Shown here: piece by piece, positions 12,047 through 21,944 of the stretch
Numbering within the stretch: position 1 is the first letter of the stretch
How the letters are laid out: the number at the start of each line of letters is the position of its first letter
Source of the DNA: Spirochaetota bacterium
GTDB lineage: Bacteria; Spirochaetota; UBA4802; UBA5550
Direction of reading: 5' to 3'
Length of the DNA stretch: 64,000 nt
Assembly: GCA_963664815.2 (NCBI GenBank)
Contig: CAXXHB010000002.1
Coordinates: 352,001-416,000, forward strand
Program-made: the position numbers and the translations under genes
The notes under the pieces: model-generated
What the model saw: the letters and a program-made list of their open reading frames with translations, nothing else
Told to the model about the DNA's origin: nothing
Databases searched by the model: none

Positions 12047-12395
12047 GAAGATACCTCGTATTTATCAACAATTGTTGACAAGTATGTTTATAAATATACT
12101 TATATTAAGTGTTTAAATTTTTATATATTTAATAGTAAGAATGAATCAACTCTTTTGAGTAAATATTTATTACTTTTTTATAACATAAAACCGGGATAGA
12201 AGGTTTATTTCTAAAATTATGTAGTTTTGGAAATAGTTTTTGGCAACAAATTAATATTAATAAAAATTTAGTATAATAAAAAAGTGAAAATCTCTTGATA
12301 ACGTATTTATAACATGTTTATAACAGTCTAAATATGTTGATAAATTGTTAAGAAGATGTTTATACTGATAAATAAAAATAACCCGGAGTCTTTTT
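12047..12395. promoter_or_regulatory. Second DnaA-box cluster upstream of dnaA (bipartite oriC or autoregulation)
   Basis: TTATCAACA 12062-70, TGTTGACAA 12073-81, TGTTTATAA 12085-93 and 12315-23, TGTTGATAA 12335-43, TGTTTATAC 12357-65. Confidence 0.75.
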
Positions 12396-13505
12396 GTGGA
12401 ATCAGATAAAAGAGAAATTGAAGATTTATTAAAATTAAGAGAAATATATAATCAGTCGAGAATTGATTATTATAGATTTGTAATAAGAACTGAAGATAGA
12501 ATGATTTTCTCCCGACTTGGCAAGATTCCTGACAACTGGGATAATTATACTAATAAAGAGGGTATTCAATTAACAAATTCAGTTAAATCAAGGCTTAGCG
12601 ATATAAAAAAGAAAAAATCATGGGAATTAAAACTCCAGAGCTTATATGTTTTTTTTGTAACCGATATTGAAAACATGTTTTTATCAGTTCTTCAGCAGAT
12701 TGATGTTGAAGAGAATGAACTGAATGATTCTATAGATTCCATTTCTAATTTGATTCTTGAATTGAATGATGAATTTCTGAATTTTAAATATCTTCTTTTA
12801 ACACTAGCTAAAAGATCAATAAGTGATATGTATTATATTTTATCTGCATATTCTAAATTTTTTATGAAGAAAAATTTTAACTATGAAGATGATATAAAGT
12901 CTTTATTAAGTGAAATTAATATTATTTTCAGAAAATATATTATTACTAATCATGGCCTGGAATATTTTATTAATATTAATAATGAAATAAAACCGCTTTT
13001 CATCAAGAGTACAAATGAGATTGGATGGCGAATGAATGAATTCGCTGTTAAAGATTATTTTGAAAGAACAAATCATGTAGTTAAAATTTCAGAATTAAAC
13101 AAAATTGTAAGATCAGCTTATGAATATAAAAAAAATCTTTTGAACTATTATCTTTTTCTTAAGTTTTATTATAATGAAAATGACGGTAAACTATTCAGGC
13201 TTAATTTTGTATATGATTCATTAAAAGTAAAACTGGATGAAAATAAAATTAACAAGGATGTTTTTGAATCTTACCAGATAATCAGAGAAAGCTTTATTAA
13301 TTATAAAAACCTGTTTGAGAAGGTTGGGCTGAACGGTTTTGGTTCTGAAAAAATGTCGTATTATGAACTTATAGATTTTATATATAAATTGTGCAAAATA
13401 ATAGAATTTTACTATTTAAGAAATATGAAATATGAAACATTGCAGCTGTTCAGAAATGATATACTTTTTTATGTAGAAAAAGAGATTTTAACAATAAACA
13501 GTTAA
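12396..13505 (+). CDS. Hypothetical helical protein divergent from dnaA
   Basis: 369-aa ORF, GTG start with GGAG upstream; no family recognised. Confidence 0.75.
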   Translation: MESDKREIEDLLKLREIYNQSRIDYYRFVIRTEDRMIFSRLGKIPDNWDNYTNKEGIQLTNSVKSRLSDIKKKKSWELKLQSLYVFFVTDIENMFLSVLQQIDVEENELNDSIDSISNLILELNDEFLNFKYLLLTLAKRSISDMYYILSAYSKFFMKKNFNYEDDIKSLLSEINIIFRKYIITNHGLEYFININNEIKPLFIKSTNEIGWRMNEFAVKDYFERTNHVVKISELNKIVRSAYEYKKNLLNYYLFLKFYYNENDGKLFRLNFVYDSLKVKLDENKINKDVFESYQIIRESFINYKNLFEKVGLNGFGSEKMSYYELIDFIYKLCKIIEFYYLRNMKYETLQLFRNDILFYVEKEILTINS

Positions 13506-14209
13506 TCAAAACTCTTAATATTTTTTTTCTCGTTCAGTTCTTTTATATGCCTGTTTATTTCTTCATTGAATGGAAGCATGGAAGCCGCAGATTTAAGATA
13601 TTTTTCAGCTTCTTCATAATTTCCGAGTTTAAGGTAAACAAATCCAAATGTGTCATTGTAAGCCGGATTCAGAATATTTTTTCTATAAACAAACTCAGCA
13701 ATTTTTAATGCGCTTTTTAGTTCTATATTTAAAGACGCCATTAGATAGGATGTTGAGTTAAGGCTATTAATGTTTGTTCTGTCGTATCGAAAAATTTCCC
13801 GATATGTTTTAAGAGCTTTTTTTAGTTCACCTTTTTTTTCAAAGCAGTATCCACACATATTAAGAGCATGTATGTCTGATTTATAATCTGATATTACATT
13901 ATTCAGAATGACCAAAGCTTCATCATAGTTTCCATTTTTTATCAGGCAAAGTGCAATGTTTTTTTTCACCAGTGATGAGTTTATATAAGAAGTATTAAGA
14001 TTAAGTAATTTATCAAAATAATTATAAGCTGTTTTGAATAGGCCTTTTTTACAATATGTGACGCCAAGGTTGAACAGTATTTCCGGATTTTCCCGATCAA
14101 TCATTTCGGCTCTTTTAAGTTCATCAATTGCCGAATCATAGTCTCCTGAAAAAAGATCATTCAAAGCGGCTTTTTTTATTGTGTCTAAAATGTTATTTAT
14201 ATCATCCAT
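13502..14209 (-). CDS. TPR-repeat protein
   Basis: Repeated TPR signatures (ILFNLGVTY, ALNMCGYCF, YNDTFGFVYLKLGNYEEA). Confidence 0.85.
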   Translation of the reverse strand: MDDINNILDTIKKAALNDLFSGDYDSAIDELKRAEMIDRENPEILFNLGVTYCKKGLFKTAYNYFDKLLNLNTSYINSSLVKKNIALCLIKNGNYDEALVILNNVISDYKSDIHALNMCGYCFEKKGELKKALKTYREIFRYDRTNINSLNSTSYLMASLNIELKSALKIAEFVYRKNILNPAYNDTFGFVYLKLGNYEEAEKYLKSAASMLPFNEEINRHIKELNEKKNIKSFD

Positions 14210-14213
14210 AGAT

Positions 14214-14945
14214 CTAAATTTTTTGAAATTTATTTAATTCTTTATAGTCGGTTGAATCTATAGACATAGGTGTAATTGAAATATATGAATTCTCAAGAGC
14301 ATAACAGTCATTCCATGGAGAGCTTACTGTTTCAATTATACCGCTAAGCTGCATTCCAAATATATCGGGATCATTTTTTTCTGATTTTATATATGAATCC
14401 TTATAAATTCTTTTTGAAAGGTGTGTGTATTTTATTCCTCTTATTTCATCAGAGGGCAGATTGGGATAATTTATATTGAGATATATATTTTTATGAATTT
14501 TCATTTTATTTATAAAATTATTAATAAAAGAAGCGGTTTCAACTAAATATGGGGAAGCAGTGTGGAAACTGTCAATAGATACCGCAAGAGCCGGTTTGCC
14601 AAAAATGAACGCTGTACGCGCACCTGCAACTGTTCCGGAAAAATGCACATCATCTCCAAGGTTCGGGCCATGATTTATTCCTGATATTACAAGATCTATT
14701 TCCGGAATTATATCGGAATGAATTCCTATGCTTACACAATCTGCAGGATATCCTGAGATAGAAAAAAAATTAGTTCCATGTTTTTTAATAATGACTTCGT
14801 CTCTCATTGTGAAAATATTAGAACAGGCACTTCTCTCTTTGTCTGGTGCGATTATAAAAGTTTCATGTTCTTTGGAGAGACAATTCCATAAAAGCTGTAT
14901 ACCATCAGCATTAATTCCATCATCGTTTGTTAATAAGATTTTCAT
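14214..14945 (-). CDS. surE: 5'/3'-nucleotidase SurE
   Basis: ILLTNDDG, GYPADCV, SGINHGPNLG and SGTVAGA motifs. Confidence 0.97.
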   Translation of the reverse strand: MKILLTNDDGINADGIQLLWNCLSKEHETFIIAPDKERSACSNIFTMRDEVIIKKHGTNFFSISGYPADCVSIGIHSDIIPEIDLVISGINHGPNLGDDVHFSGTVAGARTAFIFGKPALAVSIDSFHTASPYLVETASFINNFINKMKIHKNIYLNINYPNLPSDEIRGIKYTHLSKRIYKDSYIKSEKNDPDIFGMQLSGIIETVSSPWNDCYALENSYISITPMSIDSTDYKELNKFQKI

Positions 14946-15218
14946 TTTTTCTCATTTTTCTATGAATTTAAATTTTATTGTATTTTAATGTCAAGTACAG
15001 ATTAAATTTTATGTTGCTGTAAAAGTAATGGATTTTAACCATGTATATTGTTTAAATCGGTTTGCCTTTGATATTGCAAAAATAAAAGCAACGTAATATT
15101 ATTATTAGCGATTAACTAATTTTTGTAAATTTGATTTGATTTTTTTTTTAAATAGTATAGTTTTGAATAATAGATTATTCTTATGGGATAATCTATTAAT
15201 TTTTTAAGGAGGCTTGTT

Positions 15219-15758
15219 GTGAAAAATATTTTTAAAGTTTTTATTATAACTGCGGGAATTGTTTTATTTTATAATGTAAACAGTTTTGCTCTTGTTGATG
15301 GAGCAGCATGGGGCGGTTATTCGTTTAATGGACAGGTAGAAGGAAATTCAAGTGCAGATCCACATGGTCTTCAGTACGGGGGAAAAGCTCATTATAACAC
15401 CTCAATTACTCCATTATTTGTTTTTGGAATAGGAGGATATTACCAGTATACAAAAATAAAATTTGATATACTTAATAGTGAGACGGATGTTTCGCGAAAG
15501 TCTGCTGGTGTTGATGCAAATCTTATTCTGGATATTCCTTTATTTCCGATTGATCCATATATCAGAGGAACTTTCGGTATATGGGATAAATATGATAATG
15601 ATGTTGAGCGTTTTAAAGCCTATGGTGCAGGTATTGGATTTGAACTTACATTTTTCCCTTTTCTCAGATTATTTGGGGAATATATGTATGATTCAACAGA
15701 TCATGGCAATTATCTGAGATCAAATTCAGTTAACCTGGGTCTGAAAGTTGATATTTAA
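15219..15758 (+). CDS. Small outer-membrane beta-barrel protein (OmpA/OmpW-like barrel)
   Basis: Signal peptide ending SFA, alternating aromatic/Gly beta strands, C-terminal VNLGLKVDI; RBS AAGGAGG, GTG start. Confidence 0.75.
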   Translation: MKNIFKVFIITAGIVLFYNVNSFALVDGAAWGGYSFNGQVEGNSSADPHGLQYGGKAHYNTSITPLFVFGIGGYYQYTKIKFDILNSETDVSRKSAGVDANLILDIPLFPIDPYIRGTFGIWDKYDNDVERFKAYGAGIGFELTFFPFLRLFGEYMYDSTDHGNYLRSNSVNLGLKVDI

Positions 15759-15783
15759 TAATTTTAGTAAGTTGAGATTATTT

Positions 15784-15821
15784 AAAAACCGGATATACAA
15801 TCAGAATTATATCCGGTTTTT
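15784..15821 (+). terminator. Intrinsic terminator
   Basis: AAAAACCGGATATA...TATATCCGGTTTTT inverted repeat after the OMP gene. Confidence 0.8.
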
Positions 15822-16254
15822 GCATTTTACATGAATTGAATAGAAAGAATGTTTGATAAGAAGTTATATATTTAATAACCTCATTAGAAACTGTCTTAAA
15901 GTCAACTTTCTCTGTATGAATTATTTATTTCAACGTTTTTGAATAATTTTAAAAATGATTTTACTTTTTATGTTTGTATAATATAGTAACCTATCTATTA
16001 TAGATTTTTAATAACTTACTTTTTGAATTGTTTACAGGAGAATACATTATTATTTATGGGAGACGGAAAAATAGTGAAAGACCATTTATCAAATAAGATT
16101 TTCAGTACAATTATGCAACTAAAGAATCAAAAAATTTATAAATGGATCTATAAACATCCTCATCTGTCTATAATGATACTTACTTTGGTGGCAATTTTTA
16201 TATTATATTTTTTTATAAATTTTATAATTAAATATGTTGTTTAATAAATAAAAA

Positions 16255-17370
16255 ATGAGACTTAAAATTAAAATTTCTGATTTATTTTTTTACATCTTAA
16301 TATCATTGCAGGTTTTTACTCCGCGAAGCTCATTTTCAGATATATTTCCCAATGATTTTCCTTCAGAAAGCAAGTACAGATATAATGGAGGAAATATTAA
16401 AACTGTAAATGGAAAATTTTATGCATATATAGTGCTTCTTTTTAATGAAAACCCACATTTTGTAAATATGATTCAAAAGGGAGCCATCTCAAATGTAGAA
16501 ATGAGTATTGAAGGTTTCCATATTAAGGAGTATAAACAATATTTAGCTTCTATACAGGATAGTAAGCTTGGTAATGAATGCAGGTTAATACTGAAAATAT
16601 TTCTTGAACCGGATCAGTTCAATGATTCATATTTACATCAGATAGAAAAAGACCTTTGTAAAAGAAATATTATTTTAAAGTTCTACAGGGAAGGGACTTA
16701 TAAAGGAGCCCATATAACACTCGATTATTGTATTTATGGGGAGAAGATTAAAATAGATATCAAACATCCTCTATTTGATTTTAATGATGAAATGTATTAT
16801 ATAATGCCTTATATTGATTATGGTGAGCTTTCAACAAGTAATTCAACTTTTTATCCTGACATGATTTATATAAATCCTGATGAAGTTAATGACGATTATC
16901 TAATTGCACAAAATGTTACAAATGGCAAAGATGTTAAGTCGATGTTTTTTGTCGGTTCAAAAGTAAGTGATGATATAAAACATTGTCTTTTGGTGGCTTT
17001 CAAAGAAAATTCATCCATTAAAAAAGAAATATGGAAGATGTTTGTTATACATGAAATTACTCATAAAATAATGAACAACAAATTTAACAACTATGATCAG
17101 GTTACAGGAGAAGAGCTATCTCTTTCAAGTACAATTTATTCAAATCCATATCTTGGATTAGCAGTTATGTATAGTTATCTTAATTACAGCAAGATGAATC
17201 CGCATAAAATAGCCGCAATGAGATTTATCACATATATTTCTGAAGATTCGGGAAATAAGAATTATATTAATAACCCAGGGAGCATTAAAAATATTCCCGT
17301 TGATAAACTGAAGGAATTCTCAAAGAATTATTTTCATTATCGCGTTAGTAAACTGGAGCGTGATAGATAA
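16255..17370 (+). CDS. Exported hypothetical protein with HEXXH motif (possible zincin)
   Basis: Hydrophobic N-terminus; FVIHEITHK followed by GEE about 14 residues later. Confidence 0.6.
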   Translation: MRLKIKISDLFFYILISLQVFTPRSSFSDIFPNDFPSESKYRYNGGNIKTVNGKFYAYIVLLFNENPHFVNMIQKGAISNVEMSIEGFHIKEYKQYLASIQDSKLGNECRLILKIFLEPDQFNDSYLHQIEKDLCKRNIILKFYREGTYKGAHITLDYCIYGEKIKIDIKHPLFDFNDEMYYIMPYIDYGELSTSNSTFYPDMIYINPDEVNDDYLIAQNVTNGKDVKSMFFVGSKVSDDIKHCLLVAFKENSSIKKEIWKMFVIHEITHKIMNNKFNNYDQVTGEELSLSSTIYSNPYLGLAVMYSYLNYSKMNPHKIAAMRFITYISEDSGNKNYINNPGSIKNIPVDKLKEFSKNYFHYRVSKLERDR

Positions 17371-17376
17371 TATAAT

Positions 17377-18858
17377 CTATTCAGGTTTCATTGTCGGGAA
17401 AAGCAGTATATCCCTTATAGTAGTTTCACCTGTAAGAAGCATAACAAAACGGTCTATTCCAATCCCCATGCCGCCTGTGGGTGGCATTCCAGCTTCAATT
17501 GCCTGAACGAAATTTTCATCCATGGGTGGGGCTTCTTCATCAATTTCTCTTCTAAGGGATTGCTCATAAAGAGTTTTTCTCTGGAAAACCGGATCATTAG
17601 ACTCACTGTATGCATTTGCAAATTCAGTTCCATTAATAAAAAGCTCGAATCTCTGGAGAAATCTTTCATCGTCAATATCTGGTTTGCAAAGAGGTGTTGT
17701 CTCCAAAGGTTGATGTGTTATAAATGTAGGCTGGATAAGTTTAGGTTCTACTAGTATCTGGAAAAGTTCGTCTACGGCTAATCCTCGTATAAAATCCCCT
17801 TTAATCTCTCCGCCATGTTTTAACACTGCCTGTTTAAGCTCTTCATCGTCCATAGTCATTACATCAAGCCCTGAATATTCTTTAATCGAGTCTGTCATTT
17901 TCATTTTTTTCCAGGGAGTTTTAAGATCTATATTTTTTCCGTCAAAAGTTATATTTGTTGATCCATTAACCTTTAATGCTGTATTAACAATCAGCTCTTC
18001 AGCGATTTTCATCATATCATTGTAGTCACCGTATGCCTGGTAAAGCTCAAGCATGGTAAATTCAGGATTATGCGTTCTGTCAATGCCTTCGTTTCTGAAA
18101 CATTTTCCGATTTCATAAACCCGGTCGAATCCCCCGACAATGAGTCTTTTAAGATATGGTTCAAGTGATATTCTGAGATATAGATTTATATCAAGGGCAT
18201 TGTGATGGGATGTAAATGGCGCAGCGGCAGCACCACCGTAAACAGGCTGAAGAATAGGAGTTTCTACTTCATAAAAATCTTTTTCATCAAGAATTTTTTT
18301 GATATTTCTTATGATATTTATTCGTTTTTTAAAAGTTTCCTTAACTCCTGGAGTTACAATCAAATCTACCTGCCTGTTTCTGTATCTCAGTTCCTTATCT
18401 GCGAAAAGATCGAATGTTTCGCCATCTTTTTCCTTAACAACAGGGAGCGGACGAATATTCTTTGTAAGGAGTGTGAGTTCATCAATAAAAACAGTTATCT
18501 CTTCGGTTTTGGTCTTTTTTACTGTACCTTTAACGCCTATTATATCGCCAAGATCCAGTTTTTTAAAAAGATTATAGTGATGTTCTCCAATAGATGCACC
18601 GGAGATATAAAGCTGTATTTTACCCTCTTTGTCCTGTATGGTACAGAAACTGGCTTTTCCCATTATTCTTACTGCCATAATACGTCCGGCTATTGAAACT
18701 TTTTCCTGTGATTCAAAATAATGGTCAAAATTGGCAAAGATTTCATTACTGTAATGAGTTACATCATATTTATAAGGGAATGGATTGATCCCGAAATTAT
18801 TTCTTATTTCATTTATTTTATCAATTCGTATTTGAATCAGAGCATTTGTATCTTCCAT
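17377..18858 (-). CDS. lysS: Lysine-tRNA ligase (class II)
   Basis: OB-fold AGRI..R.MGK, EVETPIL, FRNEGID..HNPEFT and GMPPTGGMGIGIDR motifs. Confidence 0.98.
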   Translation of the reverse strand: MEDTNALIQIRIDKINEIRNNFGINPFPYKYDVTHYSNEIFANFDHYFESQEKVSIAGRIMAVRIMGKASFCTIQDKEGKIQLYISGASIGEHHYNLFKKLDLGDIIGVKGTVKKTKTEEITVFIDELTLLTKNIRPLPVVKEKDGETFDLFADKELRYRNRQVDLIVTPGVKETFKKRINIIRNIKKILDEKDFYEVETPILQPVYGGAAAAPFTSHHNALDINLYLRISLEPYLKRLIVGGFDRVYEIGKCFRNEGIDRTHNPEFTMLELYQAYGDYNDMMKIAEELIVNTALKVNGSTNITFDGKNIDLKTPWKKMKMTDSIKEYSGLDVMTMDDEELKQAVLKHGGEIKGDFIRGLAVDELFQILVEPKLIQPTFITHQPLETTPLCKPDIDDERFLQRFELFINGTEFANAYSESNDPVFQRKTLYEQSLRREIDEEAPPMDENFVQAIEAGMPPTGGMGIGIDRFVMLLTGETTIRDILLFPTMKPE

Positions 18859-18989
18859 TAAATTATCCTGATATCTTTTTAATTTTTATTTATTCACTTT
18901 TTTTCTATATGATGTGTCAAATTATTTTTTTACATTGATCTTATTTAAAGTATTATTTAACTTTTTTAAATTCAAAATTACTCAATTGA

Positions 18990-20132
18990 ATGGTGATTAA
19001 TATGTATGAATTTGAAACAGGGCCAATAAGGCCGCCAAGCGAAGCTCATAGTATTCTTTTAAGACTTACAAGAAGCTGTCCGTGGAATAAATGTTCATTT
19101 TGTCCTGTATATAAAAACGAGAAGTTTTCACTAAGGACTATTGAAGAGATTAAAAAAGATATCGATTCAATGTATGCAATATATTCCAAAATTGCTGAAA
19201 GAGTAAACTTAACAAATGGTGGTTATATAAGTGATGATGTTATAATAAACCTTATTAATGTTGATAAAATTCCTCAATATTTTCTTCAGCAGATGCTTTT
19301 CTGGATGTATTATGGGCTTAAGAGCCTTTTTCTTCAGGACGCGGATTCAATGGTGATGAAATCAGATAATTTAGTAGATATTTTAAATTATATAAGAGAA
19401 AGATTCCCTTCCATTGAACGTATAACATGTTACAGCAGGTCTAAAACGCTTGTTGTAAAAACGGTCAATGAATTAAAAAAAATAAGAGCCGCAGGGCTTA
19501 ACCGTATTCATATAGGAATGGAATCCGGTTCTGATGAAGTATTGAAGATGATTAACAAAGGAGTTAAAGGTGAGGAGCATATTATTGCCGGCAGAAAAGT
19601 TGTTGAAGCTGGATTTGAGCTTTCAGAATATTTTATGCCAGGACTTGGAGGGAGAAAATTTACAACTGAAAATGCAATTGAAACAGCAAAAGTACTGAAT
19701 AAAATAAATCCTTCTTTTATACGGATCCGGACAGCAACGCCTGTACCCGGTACCGGGCTTTTTTCAATGATGGAAAGCGGAGAATGGGAACCGTTAACTG
19801 AAACTGAAAAAGTTATAGAGCTTAAAAATATGATAGAAGCATTAGATGGTATTGATTCATATATTCAGAGTGACCATATGATGAATCTTATTGAAGACGC
19901 AAACGGGAAACTTCCTGTTGATAAAGAGAAAATTCTTGCTTCTCTGGATAAGTACCTCCAGTTGAGTCTGGATGATCAGGAATGCTTTATTGTGGCGAGA
20001 AGAACAGGACATGTCAGGTTTATTTCTGATTATTCAAGAAACAGAGATTTTATAGTACTGAGGGACAGGATTAAAGAGGAGTTTGGTTCAATCGATAAAG
20101 CAGCGATGGCGTTATCAGCAAAATCATTTTAA
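18990..20132 (+). CDS. Radical SAM protein (RPPSEA-type, unknown substrate)
   Basis: GPIRPPSEA followed by CPWNKCSFC (CxxxCxxC); GMESG and SDH motifs. Confidence 0.9.
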   Translation: MVINMYEFETGPIRPPSEAHSILLRLTRSCPWNKCSFCPVYKNEKFSLRTIEEIKKDIDSMYAIYSKIAERVNLTNGGYISDDVIINLINVDKIPQYFLQQMLFWMYYGLKSLFLQDADSMVMKSDNLVDILNYIRERFPSIERITCYSRSKTLVVKTVNELKKIRAAGLNRIHIGMESGSDEVLKMINKGVKGEEHIIAGRKVVEAGFELSEYFMPGLGGRKFTTENAIETAKVLNKINPSFIRIRTATPVPGTGLFSMMESGEWEPLTETEKVIELKNMIEALDGIDSYIQSDHMMNLIEDANGKLPVDKEKILASLDKYLQLSLDDQECFIVARRTGHVRFISDYSRNRDFIVLRDRIKEEFGSIDKAAMALSAKSF

Positions 20133-20175
20133 CAGCAAAAAAGCCGTCATTTCATGACGGCTTTTTTGCTGTTAA
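20129..20175. terminator. Bidirectional terminator with a 22-bp perfect inverted repeat
   Basis: TTAACAGCAAAAAAGCCGTCAT-TTC-ATGACGGCTTTTTTGCTGTTAA between convergent genes. Confidence 0.85.
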
Positions 20176-20187
20176 CAAATTAAAAAA

Positions 20188-21438
20188 TTATTTCAGTTTT
20201 TTCGCGTTCATCATCAGCTTGTTAGGCGTTGTCGATTTTATATCAATTTTAAAGCCAATTTTTTCAGCTTTAGCTGTCAGTTCGTCTCTGAAATCTGTTG
20301 TTTTACCTGAGAATATAACTTCAAGATTAACTGATTTTCCCTCTTGTTTTTTTTCATTAAGCTTTTTAACTCCTCTAATTCTGTTTAAAAGCTGATTTTC
20401 AAAATTTTTAAGCTCTTCTGTTGAAAGACCTGCAACTAAAACTGTTATTTCTCTTTCGGTTGCGGCTTCTACAAATTTTTTAATTATTGAGCTTATAAAA
20501 CGGCCTGACTTAAACGAGCCTTCATCATCTTTTTTACCTAAAAAAGTTGATTTTTTAAGGCAGTTTTCAATGGCCATTTTTGAGGCTGTTTCTGCTTCTA
20601 TATGGAGGCCAGGAGCATTTTCTGAAATACTGGCAAGCGTTTTTCCTGTATAGACATCTATTGCTTTTATATTAATAATCGCAGATTTAGACTGCATGTT
20701 GGATGAACCAAAATTACTTTTTAAAGCAGCGGATTGATCTTTAGTCTTGGATTCACCGGTAATAATAATATCAGCTCCTATACCTGAAAGAAGATCCTGT
20801 ACATCTGCAGAAACTGATCCTGATACAGCTTTCAGCATTTTTGCTTTATCTTTTTTCATTAATTCCTGTGTTGTGGCTGCATCAACAAAATCAAAGCCCA
20901 GTTCTCCCATTATGCTTTCCATTTTAAGTTCAGTTACTGTAAAACCAGGATTATTCTGAGCACCTTCAAAGGTTTCTTTAATAAGAATCATAAATTTCGG
21001 TTTTCCGTATCTGTTTAGTGCATCTTTTATCGCATCCTCAACGGCGGCAGTTTCTACTGTTCCTTCTATAGTAACAATATATGCATTTCCATCCTGTTTC
21101 TCTTCAATGATTTTATCATTTTTTACAAGACCATAAGATTTTGCTTCAATAACACTTGAGACAAGTTTAAAATCTTCAACTAATGATGAACCGGAAACTG
21201 TATCACCAAGTATTTTAGCTACAAGTTTGTTTTTTGCATCATCGATGGCTCTGTCTCTCGCAAGGGCTTTGTCATCATCATATATTGTTGCGTAACCTGT
21301 TGCCTGTCCTCTGTTTGAGTTTTCCTCTTTTGTTGTTGAATTTGACTTTTTATCATCTTTAACATTTTTTCCTCCTCCGCATGATGCAAATACGGTGATT
21401 AGAATAAACGATAAAGTAAGTATCAGACCCTTTTTCAT
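20188..21438 (-). CDS. LipL46-like lipoprotein with FlgT N-terminal-like domain
   Basis: AGGAG before MKKGLIL; lipobox FASC. G.A.IY.DDK.LAR.RAI.DAK..L, GKPKFMIL and DIIITGE match LipL46/FlgT_N architecture as I recall it. Confidence 0.7.
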   Translation of the reverse strand: MKKGLILTLSFILITVFASCGGGKNVKDDKKSNSTTKEENSNRGQATGYATIYDDDKALARDRAIDDAKNKLVAKILGDTVSGSSLVEDFKLVSSVIEAKSYGLVKNDKIIEEKQDGNAYIVTIEGTVETAAVEDAIKDALNRYGKPKFMILIKETFEGAQNNPGFTVTELKMESIMGELGFDFVDAATTQELMKKDKAKMLKAVSGSVSADVQDLLSGIGADIIITGESKTKDQSAALKSNFGSSNMQSKSAIINIKAIDVYTGKTLASISENAPGLHIEAETASKMAIENCLKKSTFLGKKDDEGSFKSGRFISSIIKKFVEAATEREITVLVAGLSTEELKNFENQLLNRIRGVKKLNEKKQEGKSVNLEVIFSGKTTDFRDELTAKAEKIGFKIDIKSTTPNKLMMNAKKLK

Positions 21439-21944
21439 TTTGCTGCTCCTTGAATAATTATTAAAAATATTTGATATTATTTGTTCATTAATTTTACCAG
21501 TCGAATTTACCATTAAACTGCAAATATAGTCAAATTTTTTTTATATAATGTGTAATAATTATTCCAGTTTGAGTGTATTGTTATATTAATTTTGAAAATC
21601 ATTCAGGGAGATTATTTCATTAATTTTTGCTATGGAGTCATTGTTTTTATTAAAAATGAATTTTAAATTAACTGCAATCAGATTTACAATATAACAATTA
21701 ATTTACTGAAATTAACTAATTTGAAATTGAGTATAAAATTTTAGGCCGCATAAAATAACTCTTTTTTAAAGTTTTAAGGAGTGGAGGTCTTTTTTATATA
21801 CCCTGGAAAAATGACCATGTTAAAAAATTCCATTTTGTGCTCGGCATTATGACTGATCTATATATAAATAAAAATCATAATTGCTTGATTAAATTATTAA
21901 CTGAATTTATTATTTACAAATAATCAAACGGCAGGTGTAAGACT

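Noticed and set aside
16023-16244. 73-aa ORF upstream of the HEXXH gene
   Set aside because: TTG start without a clear RBS and low-complexity AT-rich sequence. A shorter membrane peptide is possible but unsupported.
18990-20132. Radical SAM gene as part of a RiPP or antiviral system
   Set aside because: No SPASM domain, precursor peptide or partner genes; it is monocistronic and matches a widespread RPPSEA-type family.
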